A stretch of 64,000 nt of DNA. Origin: Trypanosoma brucei. Taxonomy: Eukaryota. The number at the start of each line of letters is the position of its first letter. Position 1 is the first letter of the stretch. Location: assembly GCA_000002445.1 (NCBI GenBank), contig CM000208.1, forward strand, positions 2,048,001 to 2,112,000, in the 5' to 3' direction. Below are positions 11,265-22,170 of the stretch, one piece after another. Made by a program: the position numbers and the translations under genes. Under the pieces are notes generated by a model. It was not told the origin of the DNA and did no database searches. It saw only the letters and a program-made list of their open reading frames with translations.

Positions 11265-11676
11265 GCGAGCCTGGCTCTTTGTCTTCTTGCCGGTTCAGCA
11301 TTCCCCTGTCCCCAGGACAGGCGATAAAAGAAACAGGAGCCAATGAGATACAGTTGTGCCACAATTTCCCCTACTTTGTCTTGATTTCGTGTGAAGGGGG
11401 TTTCTGGTTGCGTCGTGTGTGTATGTTCGTTGACAATGTAGTCAGTTGGAAGCAAGGGGAGGTGAGTCGCATCTTTGTATATTTTCTGGTGTTTTCCGCG
11501 TTCTTGTCGTGAACACGTTGATTTTTGGGAAACATTAGCAAAGCGAGTGAGAAAGGCTCTGGAATGTGTCGCCATAGTTCCCATTAATACCGCCACTCGA
11601 TATGGTCAATGCCGCACTGTCGTTCATTATTTTTACCTTCCATCGTTTTTTTGTGCCTCTCTCTGGAGCTGTAGGT

Positions 11677-12561
11677 ATGCCGCCGACCCCATTACGTTTG
11701 ACGCTGTTTTCGCCATTGTTGCTTTTCTTGCTGACAGCTGGAACAGTGTGTGGGACGCCAGGCACGGACTACATACAGGTTCATTCGGTTTTCCCCCCCA
11801 TTTTGCGGAACTTCTGGGAGCATGGCATGCGGTTTTGGTCTTTTGGACTCAACACCGTCGTGACGGATAACTACATTCGTCTGACGGAAGGTAGGCGCAA
11901 CGTCAGTGGCTACATTTGGAATCGGCACTCCAACCGTATGGAGGCTTTTGAACTGAACGCCACACTGCAGGTCCAGAGGCACCATCGTGACTCGCAAACG
12001 ACCGCGTCTGAGGGCAGTGGTATGGCCATCTGGTACACTACGGTTGACCGATTTACTCGCAATGAGACTCAATTTTTTGGCTTCCGGCCGTCCTTTACGG
12101 GCGTTGGAGTCCTGTTGACTCATGCTGATGAAATCTCTTTGGTTGTTAACAACGGTACTACCACCATAGACACCCAGCACCTGACACGTAAACGACACGG
12201 TTACTGCCGCGTGCCACGCCTCGGGTCTGAGCATCTGACTATTACACTTCAGTACACTAACCAAACTTTCCGTGTGCTGTACACAGTGCACTTCACCAAG
12301 AAGGGGCGTGAACAAGATACTTGGGGCGCTCCTCACAGCACTGTCCTCTGTACCACTGGGCCTGCACCTCCGCTGGACAGCAGCTATTATTTTGGTGTCA
12401 CCGCCGCAAACACAGGTTTGAGCCAAGCAGCCCATGAACTCCGCAGCATAATCATGACTCCTCTTTCCAATATAACTCATCATGCGGAGGAGGAGAGCCT
12501 CGCGGCGCAGGCTCGCCTCTTTAAGGAGGACAACAAGGTTACACAGGAGTTAAGTGACTAA
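11677..12561 (+). CDS. L-type (legume-like) lectin domain protein, ERGIC-53/VIP36-like, with an N-terminal signal peptide and no C-terminal TM
   Basis: ORF 11602..12561. A Met at 11677 begins a hydrophobic signal-like N-terminus (MPPTPLRLTLFSPLLLFLLTAGTVCG). The motifs GSGMAIWYT…FFGFRPSFTGVGVLL are characteristic of L-type lectin cargo receptors. The ORF ends at …KVTQELSD with no hydrophobic anchor. Confidence 0.65.
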   Translation: MPPTPLRLTLFSPLLLFLLTAGTVCGTPGTDYIQVHSVFPPILRNFWEHGMRFWSFGLNTVVTDNYIRLTEGRRNVSGYIWNRHSNRMEAFELNATLQVQRHHRDSQTTASEGSGMAIWYTTVDRFTRNETQFFGFRPSFTGVGVLLTHADEISLVVNNGTTTIDTQHLTRKRHGYCRVPRLGSEHLTITLQYTNQTFRVLYTVHFTKKGREQDTWGAPHSTVLCTTGPAPPLDSSYYFGVTAANTGLSQAAHELRSIIMTPLSNITHHAEEESLAAQARLFKEDNKVTQELSD

Positions 12562-12658
12562 GCGATGTCAGGTGTGGGCGTTCAGAAGTATGCAGTGGGT
12601 AGAGTTGTACGGTGTTGAACGTCCATGTTAGTGCAATTTGTGCCATCGTGCAGTCGTT

Positions 12659-12671
12659 GGGGGGGGGGGGG
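12659..12671. repeat. G13 homopolymer, intergenic
   Basis: cgttggggggggggggggactgc. A second G-rich run lies at 47931..47948 (ggggagggggggggggga). Confidence 0.9.
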
Positions 12672-13041
12672 ACTGCTCCTTTTAGCATGCGTACGCCTCC
12701 CTTCCACATATGCATGTACCGGGTGAAGTTTTTAGTTCCTATGTTTTGCGCTCCCCTCTGGTATTTGTTCTGTTTCTTATTCTTGTGAACTCGGCCTCGT
12801 TTGAGGAAGGATGTGCGGCTCAATTGTGCACTACATTTTATATATCCCGATGGAGTACGCATAAACGTGCATGTGGCTTTTCTGCCTACCGCGTTCAACA
12901 GACAAGTTTGCGCGTGCCCCAGCGTGCAGGATTTCTTGGCGTTTTCCCGGTGTTCTTACTTGCACACCTTTCCTCCCTGTGCCTGCGTTGAAATAACCTC
13001 TTCAATCGGTACGTAGTAAGATAAGCAAGCGGACGTTACTA

Positions 13042-13758
13042 ATGGACCGGAGCGAGACATTCAAGGTCTTTTGTGAGCGCGTGGAGGCATTTTTGGGAAA
13101 AGGCGTTGGTATCGACCTAGTGCTGAAGTGTATGCTGGGGTTAACTCGCCTGCGGATGGTTAACGCTTCCGATGAGGCGACGAAAGAGGTTTACGCGGGG
13201 TTTGCCATGGCTGTTATCAATGGTCGTATGCTTGGGAACCACTTCCGTTACCCGTCCTCTTTTAGTCTAGCCCTGAGAACGTTTAAAGCGAAGGAGGGAC
13301 CGCTCTTCCACTGGTTTTTGTTCGGCTTGTCTTTCCTCCTGCGGACGTTTGAGCAAATGACGGGTGACCTCAACTACTACCAGATGATTATAATGAGACA
13401 CTGGAGCCGGTCACGTCTGTCACATACCTATTGGTTCTTCAAGTCGCTTTCGCTTACGTGTCTGCTTCTAGACGAAGTCCTCTTGTTGAGGTTGGAACTG
13501 CGATCCCCTCAATGGAGGGAGAAGACTTCTGAAGAGCGCTCCTCATTTTTGAGAAGAAAGGTCATTTCCGTAATGCGCTGCTTGTTAGACATGTGCATGT
13601 ACTACCAGTGGGTGCCATGGTACAATCCTTACAAGACTCTGCAGTACTGTTGTGTAACAGCTAGTGGGTTTCTCGGTGTGTACTCCGGATGGGGTGATGT
13701 ATGTGACTCCCTTGCGGCGTCCAAGGCACGGCGAGTCGATAGCATTAAAGCAGACTAA
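13042..13758 (+). CDS. Hypothetical small membrane protein; weak, tentative resemblance to the PEX11 family
   Basis: Clean 238-aa ORF on the coding strand of the unit, with hydrophobic segments (FHWFLFGLSFLL…; TCLLLDEVLLLRL). The PEX11-like suggestion rests only on loose pattern similarity in the N-terminal half and is not verified. Confidence 0.45.
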   Translation: MDRSETFKVFCERVEAFLGKGVGIDLVLKCMLGLTRLRMVNASDEATKEVYAGFAMAVINGRMLGNHFRYPSSFSLALRTFKAKEGPLFHWFLFGLSFLLRTFEQMTGDLNYYQMIIMRHWSRSRLSHTYWFFKSLSLTCLLLDEVLLLRLELRSPQWREKTSEERSSFLRRKVISVMRCLLDMCMYYQWVPWYNPYKTLQYCCVTASGFLGVYSGWGDVCDSLAASKARRVDSIKAD

Positions 13759-14871
13759 CAAGGGATGGCATAACTTGTGTTTACCTGTTAACGAATCTTA
13801 GTTCAATCACAGGACGAAATGTATTTACGTCTCCACCCCCCTTTTTTAACTTCTGATAACTCACCTTCTGTTGGTCCACTATGTAGCGTTGATGTTTATT
13901 GGAGGTGTATTATGGCGGCTGATTGTACCGGCTAAGACAGCGGGAAGAATGGTGGAACACATGCACTGGTGCACACGTGCATACCAAATTTACACAACAT
14001 AGGGAGGGGATGATGGGGTTAACTTCATCAAATTGTTCTTACCATGACAGAAGATTTCGTAGATCTTAACGGGCGAGGGAGGGGAAATCAACGTTTAAAT
14101 CACAAAGGGAGGGAGAATGTATACGCAAAGGTGTTTAGTTGTATCGGGCACTGACAACGCAACGCCTTCGTGTAGTCTTCTTCGGTAATATTTCCAGGCA
14201 CTACGGGGGTTCCTGCAATGGTGGCGCTCCCTTTTGCATTGAGAGAGGATGGCACTCTTTGGGGTTACACCGTGCTCGGCACGCTACCACTATTGTCGTT
14301 TGCAGCTGGGTTGTGCTCAGAAGAAATTGGTTGCATGTCCGTGGATTAGTGCGTTCATGCGGCCGATCTCTTTTTTTTCTTTTGTGCCCGACGTTGTCAT
14401 GGGCCCCTGGTAAGGGGGAACGCTTTTCTGACCTCGGTGCGCAATACACCTCCTGAGTTTTCTGGGATGTGATGTGCTCTAGGGACTCGGGGATGAGCGA
14501 AGGAGTGACTGTGCTGGCCTTGGGGAGGGTGTAGGTAGAGGAGGAGGGTGCGGTAGGGCTTTGTGAGTCTACCCATGTTCCTGTTTGTGGCGATGGGATT
14601 CGGCCGCTCACCTGAGATCTCTGTATCTCTTTTTCTTTACTCACCTCCCGTCGCGTGTGATCGTTAGTTTAGCGGAGATTTTGTTTGTTTTACATATTTA
14701 CACCGTACCCCTTTTGGCACTGCTCTCGCTAACTTGTTGTTTTTTCCTTGCTGCTGCTTCCGACACCGTTGTGTATGATTTCGGCTTTTTGATCCCTTAC
14801 ATTTTGAATTTAGATACGGGTCTGTGTTTCGTGTTGGGGGTGGCTTTTCAGAAGATCGGGGGGCCAGTGAC

Positions 14872-17800
14872 ATGGAGGGCTGCGCCCATCCGTTAACAAG
14901 CCAGCTACAGCCCATTTTCAGCGAATTACATTCTGGGAAGTTGGCGACGCTGTCATCTACTATTTCGAAGCTGGAAAACGTTCTTAAGGACCAAGGTGAC
15001 GGCTTCTTCCAAAGTAACTCCGAATGTCAGTCCAGGGAGGCCAACTTGAGACTTTCGGTTTGGATTAGCTCCCAAATAGGACAGCTTTTTAGGAGACCAG
15101 AGACTCAACGTGCCGCGATATTGTGTGTCAAAACGCTCCTAGATGTGGAGTATGAGGCCATCAACAACTTGGACCAGACGTTTCTTAGGCTTCTGGAAGA
15201 CTCTGTGAAGTGTGCTGACATGAGCGTCTCGAGGATGGCTGCAGAGGTGTGGGGACTCTGGCTGAACAATAGTGGCACTTCTACCGAAGGAATTGCACAG
15301 TCCAGACTGAAAATTTGTTTTGCCGATCTTCGGGAATCGGACAAAGTAATGGATAAGGTTGCTGCGTGCCTGTTTCTTGAGGAGCTCCTTAAGCGCACCC
15401 CGTCGACTGTTGCACCGTTGCTCGACGTCGTTGCCGAATGTCTTCATCCGGCAGTTCTTAGTTCCTCGGATCTCGTTCAGGCAAGCGCGGCAACAGCTCT
15501 GCGGTACGTTCTGTTGCTTATGTATACATCGATGAATCCGAGTGGAATCAAAAAGTGGTATGAAACATTTTTAAGTGCTTCGCTTGATGCTCTGAGATCA
15601 GGTGCCCCTGAGCGCCGCACTGGTGCCATTCGTTGCTTCAACGCTGTTATGTCATCCGTCACGAGCAATGTCTCTGCGTGCGACACGGCTGTGACTTTTT
15701 CAGAAACATCGGTTGCTCACGTTCATGAGATATGGGAATATGTCAGTGAGCAAGTGACGCTCACCAGCACGCTGGAGCTGAGGCGGGAGCTTCTACAGTC
15801 GTTAACTATACTTGCACTGTATGACACTGAGGCGTTTAAGAGGATGTCTATTGCAAAAGTTGTGGAAGCGGCTTCTGGTGTCTTCCAGACGCCGACAGAA
15901 AAAGATTTGGAGCCGTTAGTGTTCCAAACCCTGGGAAAGCTCGCAGGAGTTATGCCAGATCAAATAGTCACATTTCTTGGTTGTTCAATGCGTCATATTG
16001 AAGAGGTACTGAAACAAGGGAGGCATGATGCGTGCGGTTTGGGGGCCATTGCGTGTGTTGCTGCGTTCGCAGAAGTGAATCCCAGGGCGGTGCGACCGTA
16101 CCTGCGGCAGATTCTTGCACCCATTCTTTCCGGGTCGCTTACTGTTGACTTTGCGAAGGGCGTTGCCCGCATTTGTGCGGCGTTTCCCGAACTGCGGTCC
16201 ACATGCCTGTCGAAGATATTGGAGGTAGCAAAGAAACAACTGCGAGACGACCGGTGTAACGCAGGCGGCGCGGGTGCTTTGTGCGATGGAGGAGTCAGTC
16301 CCGCAGCACAGATTCTCAGCGCTCTAAGTAATCTCGAGTTTGCTGGGTATCCTACTTTGCCCTTTCTGTGTGACACGGCCGTTGCTTACGTTTCGGTCCC
16401 TAACGGAGAGGTTCGACGTGCCGCAATAAAGCTTTGCTTTAAGCTTGTGTTATCTGGTTGTCTAGGCCCGCAGTCGCCTTGTAGGCAAACTTCTGATGGT
16501 GTTGTCATACATAGCGGCTGTGAGCATACTCAACTTTTCAACAAAGTAATCAAAAAACTGGTGAACGCTGCGGTAGCAGACCCGGAGAGTGACATCAGAC
16601 TTGACACTTTGAGAAACTTTACGGAGGAATTTGACCATACGCTTGCTCTCCGTGATGTTGTGAGGTCTCTGTTTCCTGCCTTGCATGACAAACACCAGAA
16701 CAGATTGGCGGTTGTCCGTCTTCTTGGTCGGGTGTCGCGTAGGAACCCAGCACATGTTTATCCTATGCTAAGGAGAATTATGGTGCAGTGTGTGACCGAA
16801 ATGCAATACTTCGAGCATGCGAAGAAGCAAGAGCAGGCCTTTTCCGTGCTGGGTGCCATAATTGAATCTGCGCCTGGCTTGGGTAAGCCTTATATATCGT
16901 CCTTGCTCAACATGTGTGCAGCAAGACTGAGCGATGGGACGCGGGAAGCGGACGTCTGCGCAGCTTTGCTGTCATGTGTGGGGAAACTCGTCCGTTATGC
17001 TGAAGGTGACGACATTCGCGTTTGTGCTCGAATACGACCCATCGTTGTTCAACACATCTTAGATTCGTCACATTTACCGAAGAAAAGGGAGGCGCTACGT
17101 GCTCTCGGTGATATCGTTCGTACGACAAAGGACGTTAACGTTTACGAGGACCACGCAGAACTCCTTCCTGTGCTCCTTCAAGCATTGCACGGTGGATTTA
17201 AAGAACTGTGGCCTGTCAGGAAAGATGTGCTTCAGTTAATGGGGATAATTGGTGCTGTTGACCCTGTTCGGGTAAAGGAAATCCTCCGGGGGTCTCGTGT
17301 TAACAATAATACGAAATTGGTACCTTTCCTTCCGTTTGAGGGTGAAGATACCATTGCCCAGACGGTTGTGCGGAGCGTCTTGCATATTCTTTCTCTTCCG
17401 TCACTAACAGAGGATCAAAGTGTGGCTGCTGTGCAGGTTATCGTTGGCATTTTTTCACTGGAGGTGCTTTCCCCCGGCTGTCTTGTTTCGTTCTACGGTG
17501 AGGTGATTTCTTCCATCCAAAAGCAAGCTCGAGTACAAGTGCGCAAACGGGAGGAAATTTTGGTGCACCTCATCTCACTTGTTCGCATTCTGAAGGGACA
17601 TCTTCGCCCTCATCTTAAGGAAATCACATCTACTGTTGATTCCTTCATTTCTGCCACCGACCTGTCCGTTCTGAGGCAGGTTTTAGCGTTGCTAAAGGAG
17701 CTGTGCTGCTCTCTTCGTGAGGAGTTTCGACCGTATATGTCGTCTCTCCTCGGTCCAATAATAGTCCTTGTGGAAGAAAATGTGGAGGAAACCAGTGAAA

Positions 17801-20800
17801 TTGTGCTTGACTTCTTCTCGGCTATGGGTTCCCTATTGGAGGACCACCTCCATACCGTCTTGCCGGTCGTGTGCAACATCATTGTAGATACTTCTGTGCC
17901 ATCTAGGTGTCGGATTGTTGCGGTGAAAACACTCATTTGCTTTACGAAGAGGCTACCTGATCTCTGTTTCCACGCCTCCCGCTGCGTGCACTGTCTGTGC
18001 CGTGTGCTAAGGGAATCCGACGGCGGAGATGGGGTGGGCGATGAGGGGAGACTGGGGTTTTCCGCGATGGAGGCCTTGTGCACACTCGCGGGAAGTTTGG
18101 GGAAGAACTTCGAAAACTTTGTCCTGGTCGTTTTACCGGCGGTAGCAGACCGCTACGGGGAGACAAGCGGGGAGTACTGTCGCTTTTGCCATGATATTTA
18201 TGAGGCCATCGATGGAAAGAGGGCCCCTGAAGTTTCATCGAACGGCGTGGGCAAAGCTGGTGGCGGTGGTGCACCTTCGCTTCCTTTCACCGCAGGGACG
18301 AGCGCATCACCGTTAAAGGATCGTGCCGACGCATACGCTTCTCTCCGGTTTCACCTCCGGAAGCGGGACCAGGCTAGTGACGAAGATTGGAACCATTGGC
18401 TACCGCAGCTTGCAGTGAACTTGCTGCGATCAAGCTCGTCTCCTTCACATGGCCGTGCTCTGACTCTTGCCGAACTGCATGAGCCCTTTGCACGACAGAT
18501 GCTGCACTCCGCTTTTGCCGCTTGCTATGCCGACATGGATGAACATACACAACGTGAGGTGGTTGGGTTACTCACTGAGGTTTTGCGCGGGCTGCGGGTA
18601 CCCAGTGAGGTTATGCAAGAGCTACTCAACCTGTCGGAGCATATGGAGCGTCAGGGGATTCGTCTAAGCGCCGGCGGGAAGGCAAGCATAAAGCATTCCT
18701 CTAACTTTTGCCCTTTCGACCGCCAAGTTCTTATGGAGAGTAGTGCAAATTGCAATTTGTACTCCAAGGCACTACATTACGCTGAGATCGAATTTTTTGA
18801 GACGGTTCGCGAGTACGAGCGGAGTATTCTTCGAGGTTGCCCAAAGCCTCTTCCTGTTAAGGATTGGCAGAATCTTATAAAACTCTGTGAGAAAAGTATC
18901 TACTTCTGTAACCTTCTTGGACAGCGAGAGAGCGCAAATGGCATACTTAAATTCATTCGGCAGAATCTACCGTTATTAACAGGGAAAAAAGTGACAGAGC
19001 TGTCCCAAATGATGGATGCGCACCTCTTTGACAAGCTGCGGTGGTGGTCGCAAAGCCTGCAGGCATACGAGCGGCGCTTACAGCAGGAACCAAACAAGGT
19101 TTCCAACATGGTTGGTTTACTAAGGGCACTCGATGCCTTAGGTGAGTACCCGCGCGTGTTGGAAATGTGGAGGCAGTTCTCTAAGCGAGTCAGCAAAAGA
19201 GAAGTCTCCAAATTGGCGTCGATGGGCGCCCACGCGGCTTGGCTCCTGAGACGTTGGGACGATATGGAACACATCACGAGTTTTATGTCTGACGAAGACT
19301 ACACAGGGACAACCGCTCTTTTCTATAAGGCTACGCTAGCAGCGCGTAAAAAAAGGTTCCGTGAGGCGGAGAAGTTGATCGACATGTGCCGCAAGCGCGT
19401 CGACTCCAAGCTGTCCGCTCTTGTTGCGGAGAGCTACGATCGTGCATATGACCTTTTCGTCGGCATTCAACAGTTGAGTGAGCTGGAAGAGCTTGCGATG
19501 GCCACTAGTGATCCACAGAGCGCCATGCATTGGAGGCAACTGTGGGAGCGCCGACTGTCCGTAATGGCTTACGAGGGGTGGCCCGGCACGCTAGCGAATC
19601 ATACCCTTTTGGTGCCTCCATCAAGTGAGATCGATATGTGGTTGCGTTTTGTTAGTTTGAGCCGTGCACATGGTCAAGGGAGTGTCTCCACTGAAGTTTT
19701 ACGCGAGTTACTTGGCAACCAATCTATAGAGTCTGCTATAGAAAACGGAATACCGACTCCCGCTGTTGCAATGGGATCATTTCAACACCTCTATGAAACG
19801 AACCAGAGGGACTCAGCGATTGCAAGACTGCAGCTGTACGTGAGCAAGGTGGAGGGCTCTGGAGCACAGCACGTCAGTAGGGAACGAGAGGATATGGCCG
19901 TTTGTCACGCCAAATTGGCGGAGTGGTTGGTTCATCAAAAGAAGGCACATCGTACGGAGGACGAATTGCAAAAAATTTTTCATCACCTCCGTCGCGCCAC
20001 TGAGTTGGACAAAAGCAACGGCTCGATTTGGCGCACGTTAGCGCGTGTACACCGTGAGGCGGCTACCAAACCCGCTGACGGATCCGACTCCTCGGGTGCA
20101 AGTGGCCACATCATGGAGGCCCTCAGTGCCTATTTGCGGAGTGTGTCCCTCTCCGAGGAACTAGAAGATGCCCTTGGGTTTCTTTCCCTTTGGTTCATGT
20201 ATGGACCTCTTCTGGCTGTGCAGGTGGGCTCGACCCTCAAGGAGGAAATTGAGGAGGTTAACCCGACTGTGTGGCTCAAAGTGATTCCGCAGATCATAGC
20301 GCGTATATCTTCACCCAACGGTACCGTAGCGGATTCTGTTTATAATCTTCTCGTGTTGGTCGCAAGAAGGCATCCGCAAGCCATTCTCTACAGCCTGAAC
20401 GTCGCCCACTCAAGTTATCAGGGGAAGGGTACGGCAGACGGTGTGGAGCCCTTGAAGGGTTCTCATCGAGTACTTGCTCGAATTGCGGAGATTCACCAGA
20501 ACGGTAAGGCGATGGTCGAAGACTCCGCACTTGTTTGCCGTGAGTTGGTTCGCTGCGCTGTGCTCTGGCCCGAGCTGTGGATCAACGAACTAGGGAGAGC
20601 TTTATACCAGTGGGAAAGACAAAGAAGCGCAGAGAATCTCTTGTTGGCGATGGGACCGTTACTGGAACAGCTCAAGAGACCTGAGACAATGGCGGAGGCG
20701 CAGTTTGCTGCGGAGCTCAGGCAACCACTCGAGAATGCATGCTGCCATGTTGAGAGGGCTGTTTCTTCTCGCCATGAACAATTTATGGAGGAGGCACGAC

Positions 20801-22170
20801 GTATTTTTGTTTCTATAGAGAGAAGAATACGTGAACAGATTAGTGGAATGTCATCGTTGGCATTGCAGTTGGTAAGCCCTAAACTGCACCAAAACGGGAG
20901 AAACTTGTCATTGGTTGTGCCAGGTCAGTACAGGGAGGACGGAAACTATCCCCTGATTGCTTCCTTTCAGAATGTTCTGAAGGTGCTTAACTCAAAACAG
21001 CGGCCTCGGCGTATTTACATCAACGGGTCGAATGGCGAGATCTACAAGTTCTTGCTGAAGGGTCATGAGGATCTACGTTTGGATGAAAGGGTTATGCAGT
21101 TACTTGGGTTTGTCAACACTATTCTTGAGAAGCATTCGGTTGCAAAGCGCCATGACTGCCTTATCCAGACGTACTCAGTCACCCCTCTTAGCGATAATGC
21201 TGGACTGGTAGGTTGGGTGGACCACTGCGACACACTGAACAAAATCATTGAGGATTATAGAGTGAATCCCAGGTGTATTAGGATGGAGCTTGACCTTATG
21301 AGAAGTATGTGTGACAATCTGTACTATCTTACCGCCATTCAACGTGTGGAGCCGTTTGAGTTTGCGTTGGAGCGAACTGAGGGAGTGGATCTCGTTCGCT
21401 CCTTCTGGGTGAAAGCTCCCAGCGCGGAGACGTGGCTTGAGAGGAGGACGACATACGTTTGCTCACTCGCCACCATGTCTATGGTGGGGCATATATTAGG
21501 ACTGGGTGACCGTCACCCTTCAAACCTTATGATACACGCATTTAGCGGGAGAGTGGTGCACATTGACTTCGGCGACTGCTTTGAAGTGGCGCAGCAGCGA
21601 AGCATTCACCCTGAAAAGGTACCGTTTCGACTTACTCGTATGTTGGTTAAGGCAATGGAAATGGGGGGAATAGAAGGTCTCTTTCGGCATGGGTGTCACA
21701 CAGTGATGAATGTTTTGCGTGAAGAGGGTGGTAGTCTCTTAGCATTACTTGAGGCATTTGTTCACGACCCCTTGGTGTCTTGGTGGCGTGATGAGGCTGA
21801 GGGTTTTAGTGGGAACGGCCAAGCCGCTTCATCGGTACAAACAATCTCGGTTATAGGCTCCATGACGAACGTTGCTGAGGAGGACAGCGTGGGGAGTCTG
21901 CAGTTGTCACAGTTGTCGGTGCAACGGCGAGCAACCACTCAGCAGCGCGTGAATGCCAACATCGAAAAGGACACTAGTCAGACTCGCAAACCTAAAAGTG
22001 TCGTCAAACGTATTAAAAGGAAGTTAAGGGGTCTGGAGTTTCCTCAATCACAGGAGGGTAAGGGCAGCGATGGTTTTACAGTGGAGGAACAAGTGTCGAG
22101 GTTGATTGAAGAAGCAACTTCTAACGAAAACCTTTGCGTTCACTTCCTCGGGTGGTGCCCTTTCTGGTAG
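14872..22170 (+). CDS. TOR1: TOR (target of rapamycin) PIKK-family serine/threonine kinase; probably TOR1
   Basis: 2432-aa protein from the Met at 14872 (MEGCAHP…) within ORF 14824..22170. The PI3K/PI4K catalytic motif GLGDRHPSNLMIHAFSGRVVHIDFGDCFEVAQQRSIHPEKVPFRLTRMLVKAMEMGGIEGLFRH is nearly identical to the mTOR catalytic loop and DFG region. HEAT/FAT-like helical repeats lie upstream. A FATC tail ends …LCVHFLGWCPFW. Position immediately upstream of RPS12 and the THT array matches my memory of the T. brucei chr10 TOR1 locus. Confidence 0.85.
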   Translation: MEGCAHPLTSQLQPIFSELHSGKLATLSSTISKLENVLKDQGDGFFQSNSECQSREANLRLSVWISSQIGQLFRRPETQRAAILCVKTLLDVEYEAINNLDQTFLRLLEDSVKCADMSVSRMAAEVWGLWLNNSGTSTEGIAQSRLKICFADLRESDKVMDKVAACLFLEELLKRTPSTVAPLLDVVAECLHPAVLSSSDLVQASAATALRYVLLLMYTSMNPSGIKKWYETFLSASLDALRSGAPERRTGAIRCFNAVMSSVTSNVSACDTAVTFSETSVAHVHEIWEYVSEQVTLTSTLELRRELLQSLTILALYDTEAFKRMSIAKVVEAASGVFQTPTEKDLEPLVFQTLGKLAGVMPDQIVTFLGCSMRHIEEVLKQGRHDACGLGAIACVAAFAEVNPRAVRPYLRQILAPILSGSLTVDFAKGVARICAAFPELRSTCLSKILEVAKKQLRDDRCNAGGAGALCDGGVSPAAQILSALSNLEFAGYPTLPFLCDTAVAYVSVPNGEVRRAAIKLCFKLVLSGCLGPQSPCRQTSDGVVIHSGCEHTQLFNKVIKKLVNAAVADPESDIRLDTLRNFTEEFDHTLALRDVVRSLFPALHDKHQNRLAVVRLLGRVSRRNPAHVYPMLRRIMVQCVTEMQYFEHAKKQEQAFSVLGAIIESAPGLGKPYISSLLNMCAARLSDGTREADVCAALLSCVGKLVRYAEGDDIRVCARIRPIVVQHILDSSHLPKKREALRALGDIVRTTKDVNVYEDHAELLPVLLQALHGGFKELWPVRKDVLQLMGIIGAVDPVRVKEILRGSRVNNNTKLVPFLPFEGEDTIAQTVVRSVLHILSLPSLTEDQSVAAVQVIVGIFSLEVLSPGCLVSFYGEVISSIQKQARVQVRKREEILVHLISLVRILKGHLRPHLKEITSTVDSFISATDLSVLRQVLALLKELCCSLREEFRPYMSSLLGPIIVLVEENVEETSEIVLDFFSAMGSLLEDHLHTVLPVVCNIIVDTSVPSRCRIVAVKTLICFTKRLPDLCFHASRCVHCLCRVLRESDGGDGVGDEGRLGFSAMEALCTLAGSLGKNFENFVLVVLPAVADRYGETSGEYCRFCHDIYEAIDGKRAPEVSSNGVGKAGGGGAPSLPFTAGTSASPLKDRADAYASLRFHLRKRDQASDEDWNHWLPQLAVNLLRSSSSPSHGRALTLAELHEPFARQMLHSAFAACYADMDEHTQREVVGLLTEVLRGLRVPSEVMQELLNLSEHMERQGIRLSAGGKASIKHSSNFCPFDRQVLMESSANCNLYSKALHYAEIEFFETVREYERSILRGCPKPLPVKDWQNLIKLCEKSIYFCNLLGQRESANGILKFIRQNLPLLTGKKVTELSQMMDAHLFDKLRWWSQSLQAYERRLQQEPNKVSNMVGLLRALDALGEYPRVLEMWRQFSKRVSKREVSKLASMGAHAAWLLRRWDDMEHITSFMSDEDYTGTTALFYKATLAARKKRFREAEKLIDMCRKRVDSKLSALVAESYDRAYDLFVGIQQLSELEELAMATSDPQSAMHWRQLWERRLSVMAYEGWPGTLANHTLLVPPSSEIDMWLRFVSLSRAHGQGSVSTEVLRELLGNQSIESAIENGIPTPAVAMGSFQHLYETNQRDSAIARLQLYVSKVEGSGAQHVSREREDMAVCHAKLAEWLVHQKKAHRTEDELQKIFHHLRRATELDKSNGSIWRTLARVHREAATKPADGSDSSGASGHIMEALSAYLRSVSLSEELEDALGFLSLWFMYGPLLAVQVGSTLKEEIEEVNPTVWLKVIPQIIARISSPNGTVADSVYNLLVLVARRHPQAILYSLNVAHSSYQGKGTADGVEPLKGSHRVLARIAEIHQNGKAMVEDSALVCRELVRCAVLWPELWINELGRALYQWERQRSAENLLLAMGPLLEQLKRPETMAEAQFAAELRQPLENACCHVERAVSSRHEQFMEEARRIFVSIERRIREQISGMSSLALQLVSPKLHQNGRNLSLVVPGQYREDGNYPLIASFQNVLKVLNSKQRPRRIYINGSNGEIYKFLLKGHEDLRLDERVMQLLGFVNTILEKHSVAKRHDCLIQTYSVTPLSDNAGLVGWVDHCDTLNKIIEDYRVNPRCIRMELDLMRSMCDNLYYLTAIQRVEPFEFALERTEGVDLVRSFWVKAPSAETWLERRTTYVCSLATMSMVGHILGLGDRHPSNLMIHAFSGRVVHIDFGDCFEVAQQRSIHPEKVPFRLTRMLVKAMEMGGIEGLFRHGCHTVMNVLREEGGSLLALLEAFVHDPLVSWWRDEAEGFSGNGQAASSVQTISVIGSMTNVAEEDSVGSLQLSQLSVQRRATTQQRVNANIEKDTSQTRKPKSVVKRIKRKLRGLEFPQSQEGKGSDGFTVEEQVSRLIEEATSNENLCVHFLGWCPFW

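Noticed and set aside
11692-12483. 263-aa minus-strand ORF
   Set aside because: Fully antisense to the L-type lectin gene, with no recognisable domains. Same-strand polycistronic organisation argues against it.
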